Shown: piece by piece, positions 1-10,400 of the stretch | How the letters are laid out: the number at the start of each line of letters is the position of its first letter | Position numbering within the stretch: position 1 is the stretch's first letter | IMG/VR virus record: IMGVR_UViG_3300047564_006544 | Span: 16,005 to 80,004 of that record | Length of the DNA: 64,000 nt | Direction: 5' to 3' (one strand) | Source: a virus | Notes under the pieces: generated by a model | What the model was told of the DNA's origin: nothing | Database searches by the model: none | What the model saw: the letters and a program-made list of their open reading frames with translations, nothing else | Translations under genes and position numbers: made by a program

Positions 1-3000
1 AACTAGATTGAGTGATTTTTCTTCCATATATTCTCCAATCTCGCAGATTGCTTTAAATGGTATGCCATCCTTGAGGGTTGTAACATATTTCTCGTAATCT
101 TCGGTCCATAGAGTTAACCCAATTGTATTTCCTTCAAGATCTTCAATTAGGTACTTTCCAAATTTCCTTCCGATATTTTTACCATTCTTGATCTTGAACT
201 CTTTGCTGAGTGCTTTTACTATTCCCTCAACCTTGACTTTGGACTTAACCTTCATAAACTTTATGTCTTTAAACTTGAAGGTATCAGAGCCGCCCTTAAA
301 GAATCCCTTGAAAATCTCGTGAGTATCTCCAGATAGTGTTCTTCCCATAACCTCTCTTTCGTTATAAAGGAATTCTTTTCTTTCCCACTCCTCCTCTGTT
401 CTTCCAAGATCGGAATCCTTAATCATCTTGCCCTTCTTAATTGCGTTCTTTACTTTTGTTCGGTAAGAATCAAAGTTATCATAGATATCTTTTCTTGTTC
501 TACCAAATACATCTAGAGCACCACAGGCAGCAAGAGATTGAATAGAGCCTTTTCCAATGAAGGGCTGAGATTCAATTTTGCAAGTCTTTGGTAGTGCGTT
601 TCCTGTGCCAACCCAATCCATGGCTGGAGTTACAGTCTCTTCCTCTTCCTCAGTCTCGCCCTTGCAGATAATGCTGTTACCCTTTAGGAGAAAGTCACAG
701 AAATCTTCAAATGGCTGGGCCTTTAGAAGCTGGGAGATTGCTGCTGGTCCAACTCCCTTTACTGCCGCAAATCCCGTTGCAATCTTCTTATCATCAATAA
801 CCTTGTAGTTCTCAGCTCCCTTGTTTATATCTGGAGGAGTAATTACAATTCCGAGTCGCTTACACTCCGCTAGGTATTCCTGTGCTCCATCTGAGTTTGG
901 ATCAGTGAGATTTAGAGTGGCACACATAAACTCTGTTGGATAGTGACACTTAAGCCAAGCAGTTTGAACAGAGATAATGGAATATGAAATTGCATGGGAC
1001 TTGTTGAATCCGTAGCCAGAGAAGCTTGAAATCTCATGCTCCCAAACCTCTTGGGCTTCTTCATAAGTCATCTTTGAGTGCTCCATGCAGCCCTTAATGA
1101 AGTTTGCCTCTGTCTTTAGAGCTAGTTCTGGATCTTTACCCTTTAGCTTTGTTAACTTACGAAGATTATCTGCTTCATTTAGATCCCATCCAGCACAATC
1201 CCTTGCAATACTCATCATGCTCTCTTCATAGAGGGAAATTCCATAAGTATCTTTTAGTGCTCTCTCAAGAGTTGGATGAGTATATCTAATCTTTTCTATG
1301 CCAAAGCGACGTTGAATATAGGCCTTTCTCTGTTCTGGTGGACAGCTTGGACGACCTAGTGCATTGATCGCTGCAACAGTATCAACGTCTGTTGGCTTAA
1401 TCTTCATACAAAGTGGTGATAGCGAAGACTCTAGCTGAAATACTCCAAGATTATCTCCCTTGGAAATCATCTTGTATGTCTTTGGATCATCAAGCGGAAT
1501 CTCATCAATTCCAATCTTCTTGCCCGTTGTCTCCTCAATATACTTTAGTGTCTCAGAGATAATAATCAGAGTCTTCAGTCCAAGAACGTCCATCTTTACA
1601 AGACCAAATTCCTCTGCTCTTGTCTTTTCCCACTGAGTTGCAGTTACTGTTTCACCAGAGTCTTCATCGACACCAATTCTTAGAGGTACCATTTCATATA
1701 GTGGACGATCTCCAATCACCACTCCTGCGGCATGAACTGACCACTGACGAGTAAGGTTTTGAAGCTTTGTTGAAAACTCCTTTACATCAGGATACTTTTG
1801 CATAAATTTTGCAAATTCCTTATTTCCATCAATAGCCTCTTCTATCGTATGAACGTCTGGCATGATGGAAGTAAGGTGATTTGCGATTTCAAATGCAGAG
1901 GATTTATCACCACCAATTTCAAGAGATCTGGCAACGTCCTTTAGAACTACCTTTGGAGACAGTGTTGACCAGTTACTAATCTGGGCAACATATTCCTTTC
2001 CGTACCTTTCCTTAATATAGGCCTTAACCTTATCTGGGTGAGAAAAATCAGAGTCAATATCTGGGAAAGACTTCTTCTGCTTGTTGTGGAATCTCTCAAA
2101 AAGAAGGTTGTATTTGATTGGATCTACCTTTGTAATTCCAATTAGAAATGCAACAAGAGAGCCTGCTCCAGATCCACGGGCCGGACCAACAATAACGCCA
2201 TTATTATTTGCCCAATTGATATAGTCCGCAACGATTAACATATAAGACGAAAAGTTATGCAGCTCTAATACAGAAAGCTCATACTTTACTCGATTCCAAT
2301 AGTCTCTCTTTTTCTCTGGAGAGAAACCATCGGTGAATAGCTTGAAACCTTCTACGCAACGATAGCGAAGATATGCTTTATCCTCTGGCAGCTCCTCGCA
2401 ATTCTCCTGCCACCATACTTTAAATTCAATATAATCTTGCTGGTGCTTTACTGGAAACTGCGGAAGAATAGCTCCACGAGACTTAAGATAATGAGGCTCT
2501 TCACAAGCTGCTGCAATCTTAAGAGAGTTGTTCATAGCGATTGTTCCAACATGATTACCGAAGAAATCTGTAATCTCATGGAATGGCTTTAGGTACATTT
2601 CCTGTACGCCATAACGGAAGCGATTTGGATCTGACAGTGGCTTCTTATCTTTAATCGCAAGCATCATATCGTGATATTTTGCATGATCACGATCAAGATA
2701 ATGCGCATCGCAAGTAGCAACATATGGAATATCGTGCTTTCTAGATAGACCAATAAGTGTGTCGTTTAGCTTTACCTGATCTACATTTCCATCGTCTGTC
2801 TTAAGAGCATGTGGCTGAATCTCAAGAAACAACCTGTCCTTAAACACAGACTTTAATCTCAAGACATTTTCTTCAGCTTTATCAAGACGATCTTGAACGA
2901 TATCTCTTGATAGAACTCCATTTGAACAAGCAGTAAGGCAGAAAATATCTTCATTGAACTCTTCAATGTGATTCCAGGAGATTCTTGGTGTAAGCTTACC

Positions 3001-3342
3001 CATATAACCAGATGCCTGATTGTTATAAGCTTCATAATTTAGACGAAGAATGTTCTTGTAGCCCCTCTCTGTCTTTGGAACAAGAACCATGTGATTTGAC
3101 TTTTTCTCAGAAAGATCTGGAGCAAAATAAACTTCCATTCCTGGAATAAGCTTTACTCCAGTCTTCTGTGATGCCTTGTAAGCATCATAATGAGCAGTCA
3201 TTGTACCGTGATCGGTAATAGCAATAGAAGGATGATCTAGCTCCTTTGCCTTCTCAAAAAGAAGCCCTACATCATTCATTCCGTCTAGTGGGCTACCCTG
3301 CTCTGTGTGGTTGTGAAGAGATACGAAAGGTCCGTTGGGCAT
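1..3342 (-). CDS. dnaE: DNA polymerase III alpha subunit (3' end runs off the window)
   Basis: Not in ORF track; key segments translated by hand from ATG at 3342: MPNGPFVSLHNHTEQGSPLDG (PHP domain), VGPARGSGAGS, SFPDIDSDF (catalytic), SVHAAGV, FSGYGFNKSHA, AAVKGVG (HhH). Confidence 0.96.
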   Translation of the reverse strand, partial: MPNGPFVSLHNHTEQGSPLDGMNDVGLLFEKAKELDHPSIAITDHGTMTAHYDAYKASQKTGVKLIPGMEVYFAPDLSEKKSNHMVLVPKTERGYKNILRLNYEAYNNQASGYMGKLTPRISWNHIEEFNEDIFCLTACSNGVLSRDIVQDRLDKAEENVLRLKSVFKDRLFLEIQPHALKTDDGNVDQVKLNDTLIGLSRKHDIPYVATCDAHYLDRDHAKYHDMMLAIKDKKPLSDPNRFRYGVQEMYLKPFHEITDFFGNHVGTIAMNNSLKIAAACEEPHYLKSRGAILPQFPVKHQQDYIEFKVWWQENCEELPEDKAYLRYRCVEGFKLFTDGFSPEKKRDYWNRVKYELSVLELHNFSSYMLIVADYINWANNNGVIVGPARGSGAGSLVAFLIGITKVDPIKYNLLFERFHNKQKKSFPDIDSDFSHPDKVKAYIKERYGKEYVAQISNWSTLSPKVVLKDVARSLEIGGDKSSAFEIANHLTSIMPDVHTIEEAIDGNKEFAKFMQKYPDVKEFSTKLQNLTRQWSVHAAGVVIGDRPLYEMVPLRIGVDEDSGETVTATQWEKTRAEEFGLVKMDVLGLKTLIIISETLKYIEETTGKKIGIDEIPLDDPKTYKMISKGDNLGVFQLESSLSPLCMKIKPTDVDTVAAINALGRPSCPPEQRKAYIQRRFGIEKIRYTHPTLERALKDTYGISLYEESMMSIARDCAGWDLNEADNLRKLTKLKGKDPELALKTEANFIKGCMEHSKMTYEEAQEVWEHEISSFSGYGFNKSHAISYSIISVQTAWLKCHYPTEFMCATLNLTDPNSDGAQEYLAECKRLGIVITPPDINKGAENYKVIDDKKIATGFAAVKGVGPAAISQLLKAQPFEDFCDFLLKGNSIICKGETEEEEETVTPAMDWVGTGNALPKTCKIESQPFIGKGSIQSLAACGALDVFGRTRKDIYDNFDSYRTKVKNAIKKGKMIKDSDLGRTEEEWERKEFLYNEREVMGRTLSGDTHEIFKGFFKGGSDTFKFKDIKFMKVKSKVKVEGIVKALSKEFKIKNGKNIGRKFGKYLIEDLEGNTIGLTLWTEDYEKYVTTLKDGIPFKAICEIGEYMEEKSLNLV

Positions 3343-3352
3343 AAAATCCTCG

Positions 3353-3364
3353 CCTTATATTGTA
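3353..3364 (-). promoter_or_regulatory. Putative -10 box for dnaE (TACAAT followed by ATAAGG)
   Basis: Minus strand cgcgTACAATataaggcgaggattttATG; the -35 position falls in the terminator arm and is poor. Confidence 0.5.
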
Positions 3365-3374
3365 CGCGAACGAA

Positions 3375-3406
3375 AAGAGCGGGAGAATTCTACTTCTCCC
3401 GCTCTT
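3375..3406. terminator. Intrinsic terminator hairpin
   Basis: 13-bp perfect inverted repeat AAGAGCGGGAGAA-6nt-TTCTCCCGCTCTT with T tracts. Confidence 0.8.
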
Positions 3407-3428
3407 CTTTTATTTTTAAAAGGCCGTA

Positions 3429-4085
3429 CTATTTTTCAATAGATTTTGCATGAGTTATTGCAATAACTTCTGCTACCTTGCTAACCGTCTCTAAAACATT
3501 TACTACAGTTCCATCTTTTTTGGTTGTAGTAAACTCCTCAGAGTAAACTGCATCTGGAAACATTCTGTTATATTCTTCTAGTGTTTTTCCTATTGAATCA
3601 GGAGCTTTTCTCTGTAATCCTTTTAGATTTCTTGCAGAAATACAGTGATGAGTTGTTCCAGATCCTCTTACTTCAAGCCATCCAAATTTTAGCATATTTG
3701 GTATATCAGCCCTTACTACAAGCCAATCATTTTGAATTGCTCTATCATATGCATCTTTTGCAGACTCTATGCTTTTGTGCTCTATATTTTCCTTTCTATC
3801 AGAATATGGATTGCTTGATATTCTTACTACTTTATCATACTTTGGATTTACCCAATGACTATGTTCCCTATCTATATTCTTTTGCATGGAAAAAACAGCA
3901 ACACTTTCATTTTTTTCAAGATCAAAGTACTGAGAGCCACCAATAAGATATCCAGTCTCTTCTTCTATTTCTTTTGTTAGATCATCGGATACGCTTTCTA
4001 CCAAATTAACACCATCTGAAAATTTTTGTGTTATAAAGTCATAAAAATCATTAGAGGTGCTTACCTGCTCTACTCTATTTATCAT
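3429..4085 (-). CDS. Hypothetical protein
   Basis: 218-aa ORF with AGGAG upstream; no recognised motif. Confidence 0.75.
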   Translation of the reverse strand: MINRVEQVSTSNDFYDFITQKFSDGVNLVESVSDDLTKEIEEETGYLIGGSQYFDLEKNESVAVFSMQKNIDREHSHWVNPKYDKVVRISSNPYSDRKENIEHKSIESAKDAYDRAIQNDWLVVRADIPNMLKFGWLEVRGSGTTHHCISARNLKGLQRKAPDSIGKTLEEYNRMFPDAVYSEEFTTTKKDGTVVNVLETVSKVAEVIAITHAKSIEK

Positions 4086-4119
4086 CTTATTACTCCTGAT
4101 TACTCTGCGCTATTAGCGA

Positions 4120-4401
4120 TCACTTCTGCTCTACAAGATCTGCAATGTGAGCGTAGATTGATGCTGTTACCTCAGGATCGATATCGGACTTAGCCATCTT
4201 GACGGCTTCCTTTACTTCCTTTAGTGGAACATTGTATTCATCAACAAAGTCTGCTACAACTCGCTTGCGCTCTTCACGAAGCTCTTTCATTTGAGCATCG
4301 AGTTCATTCAGCTGGCGAACCATTGAACGAACATTGTCCATACTGTAGTTGCCATTCTTTACTTCTGTCTTTGTGGTTGTTTCGGTAGATTCGGCGCTCA
4401 T
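4120..4401 (-). CDS. GapR/DUF2312-like (T4 DsbA-like) small DNA-binding protein
   Basis: Coiled-coil VRQLNELDAQMKELREERKRVVADF..KEVKEAVKMAK pattern; GGAG SD. Confidence 0.55.
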   Translation of the reverse strand: MSAESTETTTKTEVKNGNYSMDNVRSMVRQLNELDAQMKELREERKRVVADFVDEYNVPLKEVKEAVKMAKSDIDPEVTASIYAHIADLVEQK

Positions 4402-4409
4402 TTATTCTC

Positions 4410-7400
4410 CTAATTGTAGTAGTTCTTGGCGATTGTGTTTAGGTACGCTTCCCACCACCTGCGGTAGAGGGACGTTATTATAGTACCGTCATCATCAGTT
4501 GCGGACTGTGCAATCTTTCTCCAGGACAAATCTTTTCCAACCTTCTTTGTATCTGAGGTCCAAAGATCCCTAAATATCTTTAGGGTTTCCTCTATAAGTT
4601 CGTTTGGCCTCTGAATATTTGGCACTGATGTAGATGCTTTTACAATAGAATCAATTGATAGGACTTCCTCTCCTGAGTTTAGAGCAGCAGCCTTTCTTCT
4701 TGATTCAAGTACATCCTTATGATTCATTACCTCTTCTATTGTTAGTCTCTTTAGTTCATTTAGAATTTTTTGATTAATTTCTTCGCTTGTCAATCCTACT
4801 GATTCTGAAGTTATTCTTTCTTCAACATCGCCTCTCATCTGCTTTACTTTGTTTCTTGCTTCTTTTAATATTGCATTAAGAGCACTATTTGTAAGATCGT
4901 TTAGAGAATGAGTTAATTTTGCTGGGTATATTACATGAGAATCTGGGTGAACTGCATAATCAGATGTTTGACATGACTCTATAACTCCGCTTATCTTTTT
5001 ATTTTTAACAGCAGATGCCTTTGGAGTTCCTAGCATATGAGTCTCTACATTATTATTTTCATCTAGTTGAAGATTAAAGAATTCTGCAACCTTCTTTAGT
5101 ATATCTTCGTTTACATTCTTAGACCTTAAGAAGAATCCTGGCAGATCGAATAAATCTTCTACTGTAAATAGATTTTCTGCAATCTTAGTTTCTGAATGAA
5201 CTGCAGATACTATATCCTGTAATCCAAATGTTGACTTTACAAATTCCTTATAGCTATCTATATCATCTGGATTTATTGGCCCACCAAAAGTGGTGTGCAT
5301 TGCTGGATTATTCAACATTGACCAAATTGAATATGGATCGAGCAACCTCAAACAGAATGCCTGCTGACTTGTCTTCTTTGTTTGTTTTCCTGCAGATTTT
5401 TTGTCAGCCAAATTTATTGCAGAAACAGAATCAATCATTGGAGTCTGCTCCATATATATCTTATTTACCTTTTGTGCTGCATTATAAAGGTCACACAATA
5501 GGCCAAGTTTTTCCATAAATGCCTGCAAAGTTATATTTGATTCTTTTGGATAAGCAGGAAGAACAGACTCATATTTTGCAGGATATGCTGTACGCAATCC
5601 AGACGAAAGATCTATGCTTATATTTACAAGCGGAGATACCTCAGATATCATGTTCTGCAAAAACATATCCTCTGTTTGAACAGATATATTCCAGCTTCTT
5701 CTAAACTTTTTCTTTTTTATCTCAAGAAGTATAGACTCCGTTTGCTTAAACCAATTATATAATTCTGATAGCTGAATAGATATATATTTTAACTTTTGTA
5801 CACATCCAGACTGAACTATTTTTGTCTTAACAACACCATTCTCATCTTTAAACTGTGGATCTTTTGCAATAAAGGCCCAAGAAATATTTAGTGGTGTCAT
5901 TCCATCTCTTGGAATAAATATATTTGACTCTGTTAATGTAAAGCTATCTTTTGTATCCTGAATTAACTCCTTATCAATTGAGTTTACTGCTCTTGATATA
6001 TTCTCATACTCTCCACCGACTGGCAATATTAGTCCATGTGATGATGAGGTTATCATGGTCTTTGATGTTTGTGACGTTGGAAATACATCTATATTTGTAA
6101 TAAAATCTCTAATACTTTCTCCAAGCAAGCTTCTGTAATATAGCTCTATATCCTTTGTCTTATCACCCCTAAATCCAGTCTTTAGATGCTCTGCCATTTT
6201 CTTGTCAATTATTGCATCTTCTTTATTTTGAATTTGTGGGGAAATACCTTTTGATAGTAGTATTTCATTGAGGTCTTCTATGTATTTTTTACTCACATCA
6301 CCAGGAGATCTTGCAACATAGTAATTATTCATAATCAAATTGTTTGGTGGTGGCCAAAATACTGGTGGTTCATCTATTTTTTGAATTCTTATTTCAAATA
6401 TATTATTTTGGTCTGATGATCCAGATATTGCAGAATCAACATGTGATTGAGTAAATAATATTCCAGTTCTTATGCTGGAATCAACTAGCAATAATCTTGA
6501 CTTATCAAATGAATCGATATTTTTTATATATCTTGATGCAAACTCAAGACCCTGCTTTGTATTGAGTCTTATAGTTCCACTTGGCATAATATCCATTATA
6601 TCAATATTTGGCAGATCTCCAACTTTGGATGGATCTTTTATTATAATATCTTTTGGAGCAATACATATATAAAGTCTTTTTGCAGAATCAGCTCCATCTA
6701 CAATAATTTCTTTTATTAAAATTAAGTAAGGCTCTTTTATTGTAGTTTGTGCAAACTTATATATATAGTTATTTCCATTGATTAGTTTGTTTTTGTTTAT
6801 TTGCATTGAATAAAACTGTTGAACAGAAAATACCATTGGAGCAGGATATATATCTTCTGTTGTGTCAAATCTTACTAAGTCTGGATTTAGCTGTATTTTT
6901 CCATATTGAACAGCATTTCTTTCAAATATTCTATCAGCTTCGCCATATAGCATTCTTGATTCTAATATCTTTGGTTTAATTATTTCAAAATTCTGAGGAT
7001 CTCTTTGCTTCATTAGCGGCTCTATACATAAATCAAGCTGCCTTGCCGCATTACCTATTGATCTTGATCCAATTGGCTTTGATATTAGGTCTAGAATGAG
7101 ATAGTCGATAGATGCTGTTGCCATCTTTATACATTGTTCAAATCGAGAAAAAACAATGGCTCTTTGCACGCTATATAGGCTTTTATTGCTTATATCAGGA
7201 GATATACCCTTAGATCTCATATATCCCAAAAAGACTGTATCTAAAGAATATGCATCTTTTAGCCCTGATTCTATTTCAGATATATTTGCATTAAATTCTT
7301 CATTATCCATTATTATAATCTTTGGAATAAATGCTGAATCTGCAGACTCATCAAACTTTGCAGATTGAAGAGATTCATTTATCAATCCAAATACATCAGA

Positions 7401-10400
7401 TCTTGCTCCAGTAACACCTATATAAAGCTGAGATGATTGATTTAAGAAATATCTTGAGTAAAAAGATCTTATGTTATTTACTACATCTATTGCATATGAG
7501 AATGTTATTGCCCTTCCTGTGTAGTTGACTATTGCATCTTCTAGTATTCTTTTTACTTCATAATTTTTATATGGAGAATAAAGTAATGCTGAAATATTAT
7601 TGCAAAATTCTCTTACCTTATTTTCTCCAACTATAGACGTTATGCTGCTCTCGTCTACTCCAAATATAAGACCGATGTTTTTATATACAGCGGATGATAT
7701 ATTCTCAATTATTGCGCTAACTGCTAATTTTTCATTAAGATTTGAAATAAATGGAACTGAAAAGTCCCTATAGTATTGTGCTATACCGGCCAAACTAACA
7801 AACTTATCAAAAGATACGTTTCTTTCAAATAAGCCATTTATATCATATGCGTTAAAAAAGTTAGAATAAACTACTTCCAGTTTATCATTACTTATGTTTA
7901 ATGTATTTGAAATAGACTGAAGTTCTAATTTTATTTTGTCAATTATCTTTGGATCTTTCTTTGGAACTGATAGCGGATTCATTAAGAAGTCAGCTTGACC
8001 ATCCGCAGATATCTTTCCCCAATATCTTGACATCTTCAAGAGCTTTACAAATTTATTTATAAATTCCGATACAGCCTCTGAAAATATTGAGGCAGAAAAA
8101 GATTCTGCATCTTCTGGAATCTCAGAATATGATCTAAAATATTCTTTTGTTATTCCAGGCATCAATGCCTCTAATAACCCATATTTTTCAATTATTTCTT
8201 TTGTATAAGTAGAGCCAATAATTTTAGTAGTAGCAGCTTTTGATGCCACCATTGATTCGTATGCTGATTCATCGGGCATTTCAGAGATATCTGCTATATC
8301 AAGCTCTGTAGTTCCACCCTCTTCGGATGATACAGTTGTGCTTTGAAGACCGCCTATATATCTTGTTACATAAAAATCAGTTCTTGATGGCATTGATAGT
8401 TTGCCATATTCCCAAGGATTCTTTTTAAATAAACCTGATGATGACTTTTGCCCAATTATATAGACCAAGCTACCAACTTTAAAATAAAGTCTTTGATCGT
8501 TTATTGCTCCAATCAGCTCCTCTATACTGGATGCTTGATTTGGCATGATATATCCAGATGGTATTGGCTCATTTTCGCTAAAAACTTTAATTATTCCAAT
8601 TCCATCAGAATACTTTGAAGATGTTAAAGTCTTTAGAATTGAATCATCGTCTCCAGATAGTAATGATAGTATTGCTTTTTTGCTCACAGTTCTTGTTGTG
8701 TGAGTGATTGCAATTGAAGAATGTGCTCTAGAAAACATCCAAGATTGCTCAAGAGTAAATCTATGGCCACTGTCACATACCAAGCCCAAATCCTTAATTA
8801 TATAAGCATCTGTTTCTTTTATCTCTTGTGCTGTTGATATTTTTGATTTTTTAAATAAAACATCAAGTATATTTTTTCTTGAAGATACAGATACTATATT
8901 GCCAACAACAGCTTCAACGTGTGGCCTCAAATCATTCATTTCTATTCCGTAATTTATAAGTGTTTTTACGGCTGAAACAAATGATTCTTTTCCTTTTGAA
9001 TTTAGAATATTCAAAAGAACGTTTCTAATATAATTTTTGCTAGAAGGATCCTTATCAAACATTGATATAGATACTTTCTTTCCGCAGATTGGATAAGCTA
9101 CCCTTGATAACTGATCACCAGAAGAAAGACTTCCATCTGGTGCAGTTGGCGGATAATATATATCCTCTCTTTTTAATCCAAGTCTTTCATTACCTACCAA
9201 CTCATCAACCATATTTCCTGGTACTTTTGGTATGGCTATAAAATTAATTAATCCTTCATACTTCTTTGAGCTAAGTATTGATGATCCTACTGCAGAATCT
9301 TGGCTTATATGACATGGACAATTTGCAGTATTTCTTGAGAACCTATAGCCAATCTTAAATCCACTTTCAGACTGCTCGCTTGAAACTCCGCTTCCAGAAT
9401 ATTCGCTATATGCAGCAAGTTGATATTCTGGAATTGATTCACCTTCGTTTATATAGCTCTTTCTAACTCTTGCAAGACAGGCATAATCTCTTTTTTCTTC
9501 TAGACTCTTAAGTATTCTTGTATCCTGCTTCATTGATGCAGCAAGCTTAATTAATGATGCCGCACAGAGTGTTTTATTTTGGAAAATTCCTCTAACTCCA
9601 GATGAAGATGCACCAAGAGATTTTAACTTATCATTTCTTATTATATGCCCAATTACGTTTAATAAAATCTTAGATTCTTGAGATCCATCAATTGCCTCTG
9701 GATCATATATCATACGATTAATTTCTTCCCAAGGATAACTCTTATTTAGTATGCTATTTAATATAGAGGATAGCTCTGTTGCTGATTTTTTTGAATATTG
9801 CTTATTTATTATTGCTGATATCATATTTTTTGCATCAGCAGATAGACTGTGAGATTGGGATGCTAATTCTGATTCTGATATAAAATCTCCATTTTCTTTA
9901 AAGAAAGAATATTGATTTTCAGATCTTGAAAATTCAGTTAGCTCATCTTTATATTCCGATGGAACCTGCGTAACTTGACCGCACACTCCGCATGCAATAG
10001 TGTTGAATGATTGCTGGTCTAGTATATTTTCTTCTGATTGAAAATATTTTTGAATCTCGTTATTTATATATGACTGAAGGCTAATATCATTAAGTGCCAA
10101 TTCATCAATAACTGATGATGCATCAATCATATCCAATAATGAAGTTGAAATTATTCTATCTATTTTTTCTTTTATTGCATTTTTTGCAACTTTTTCTAAT
10201 ATAACTAAGATATTTCCATATACATAATATGCCGCATCTTCAGTTCCATCGCTATCTATTTTTATGTTAGATCTTGCAACGTATTTTGATACCTTTATAT
10301 CAATATCTTTTTTTATCTTTTGCTCTCTTCCAAAAAGAAAAGACTTCATTAATCTGTAAAAAAATGAACTTATATTTTCAAATGTTTCTTTGTTTTCAAA

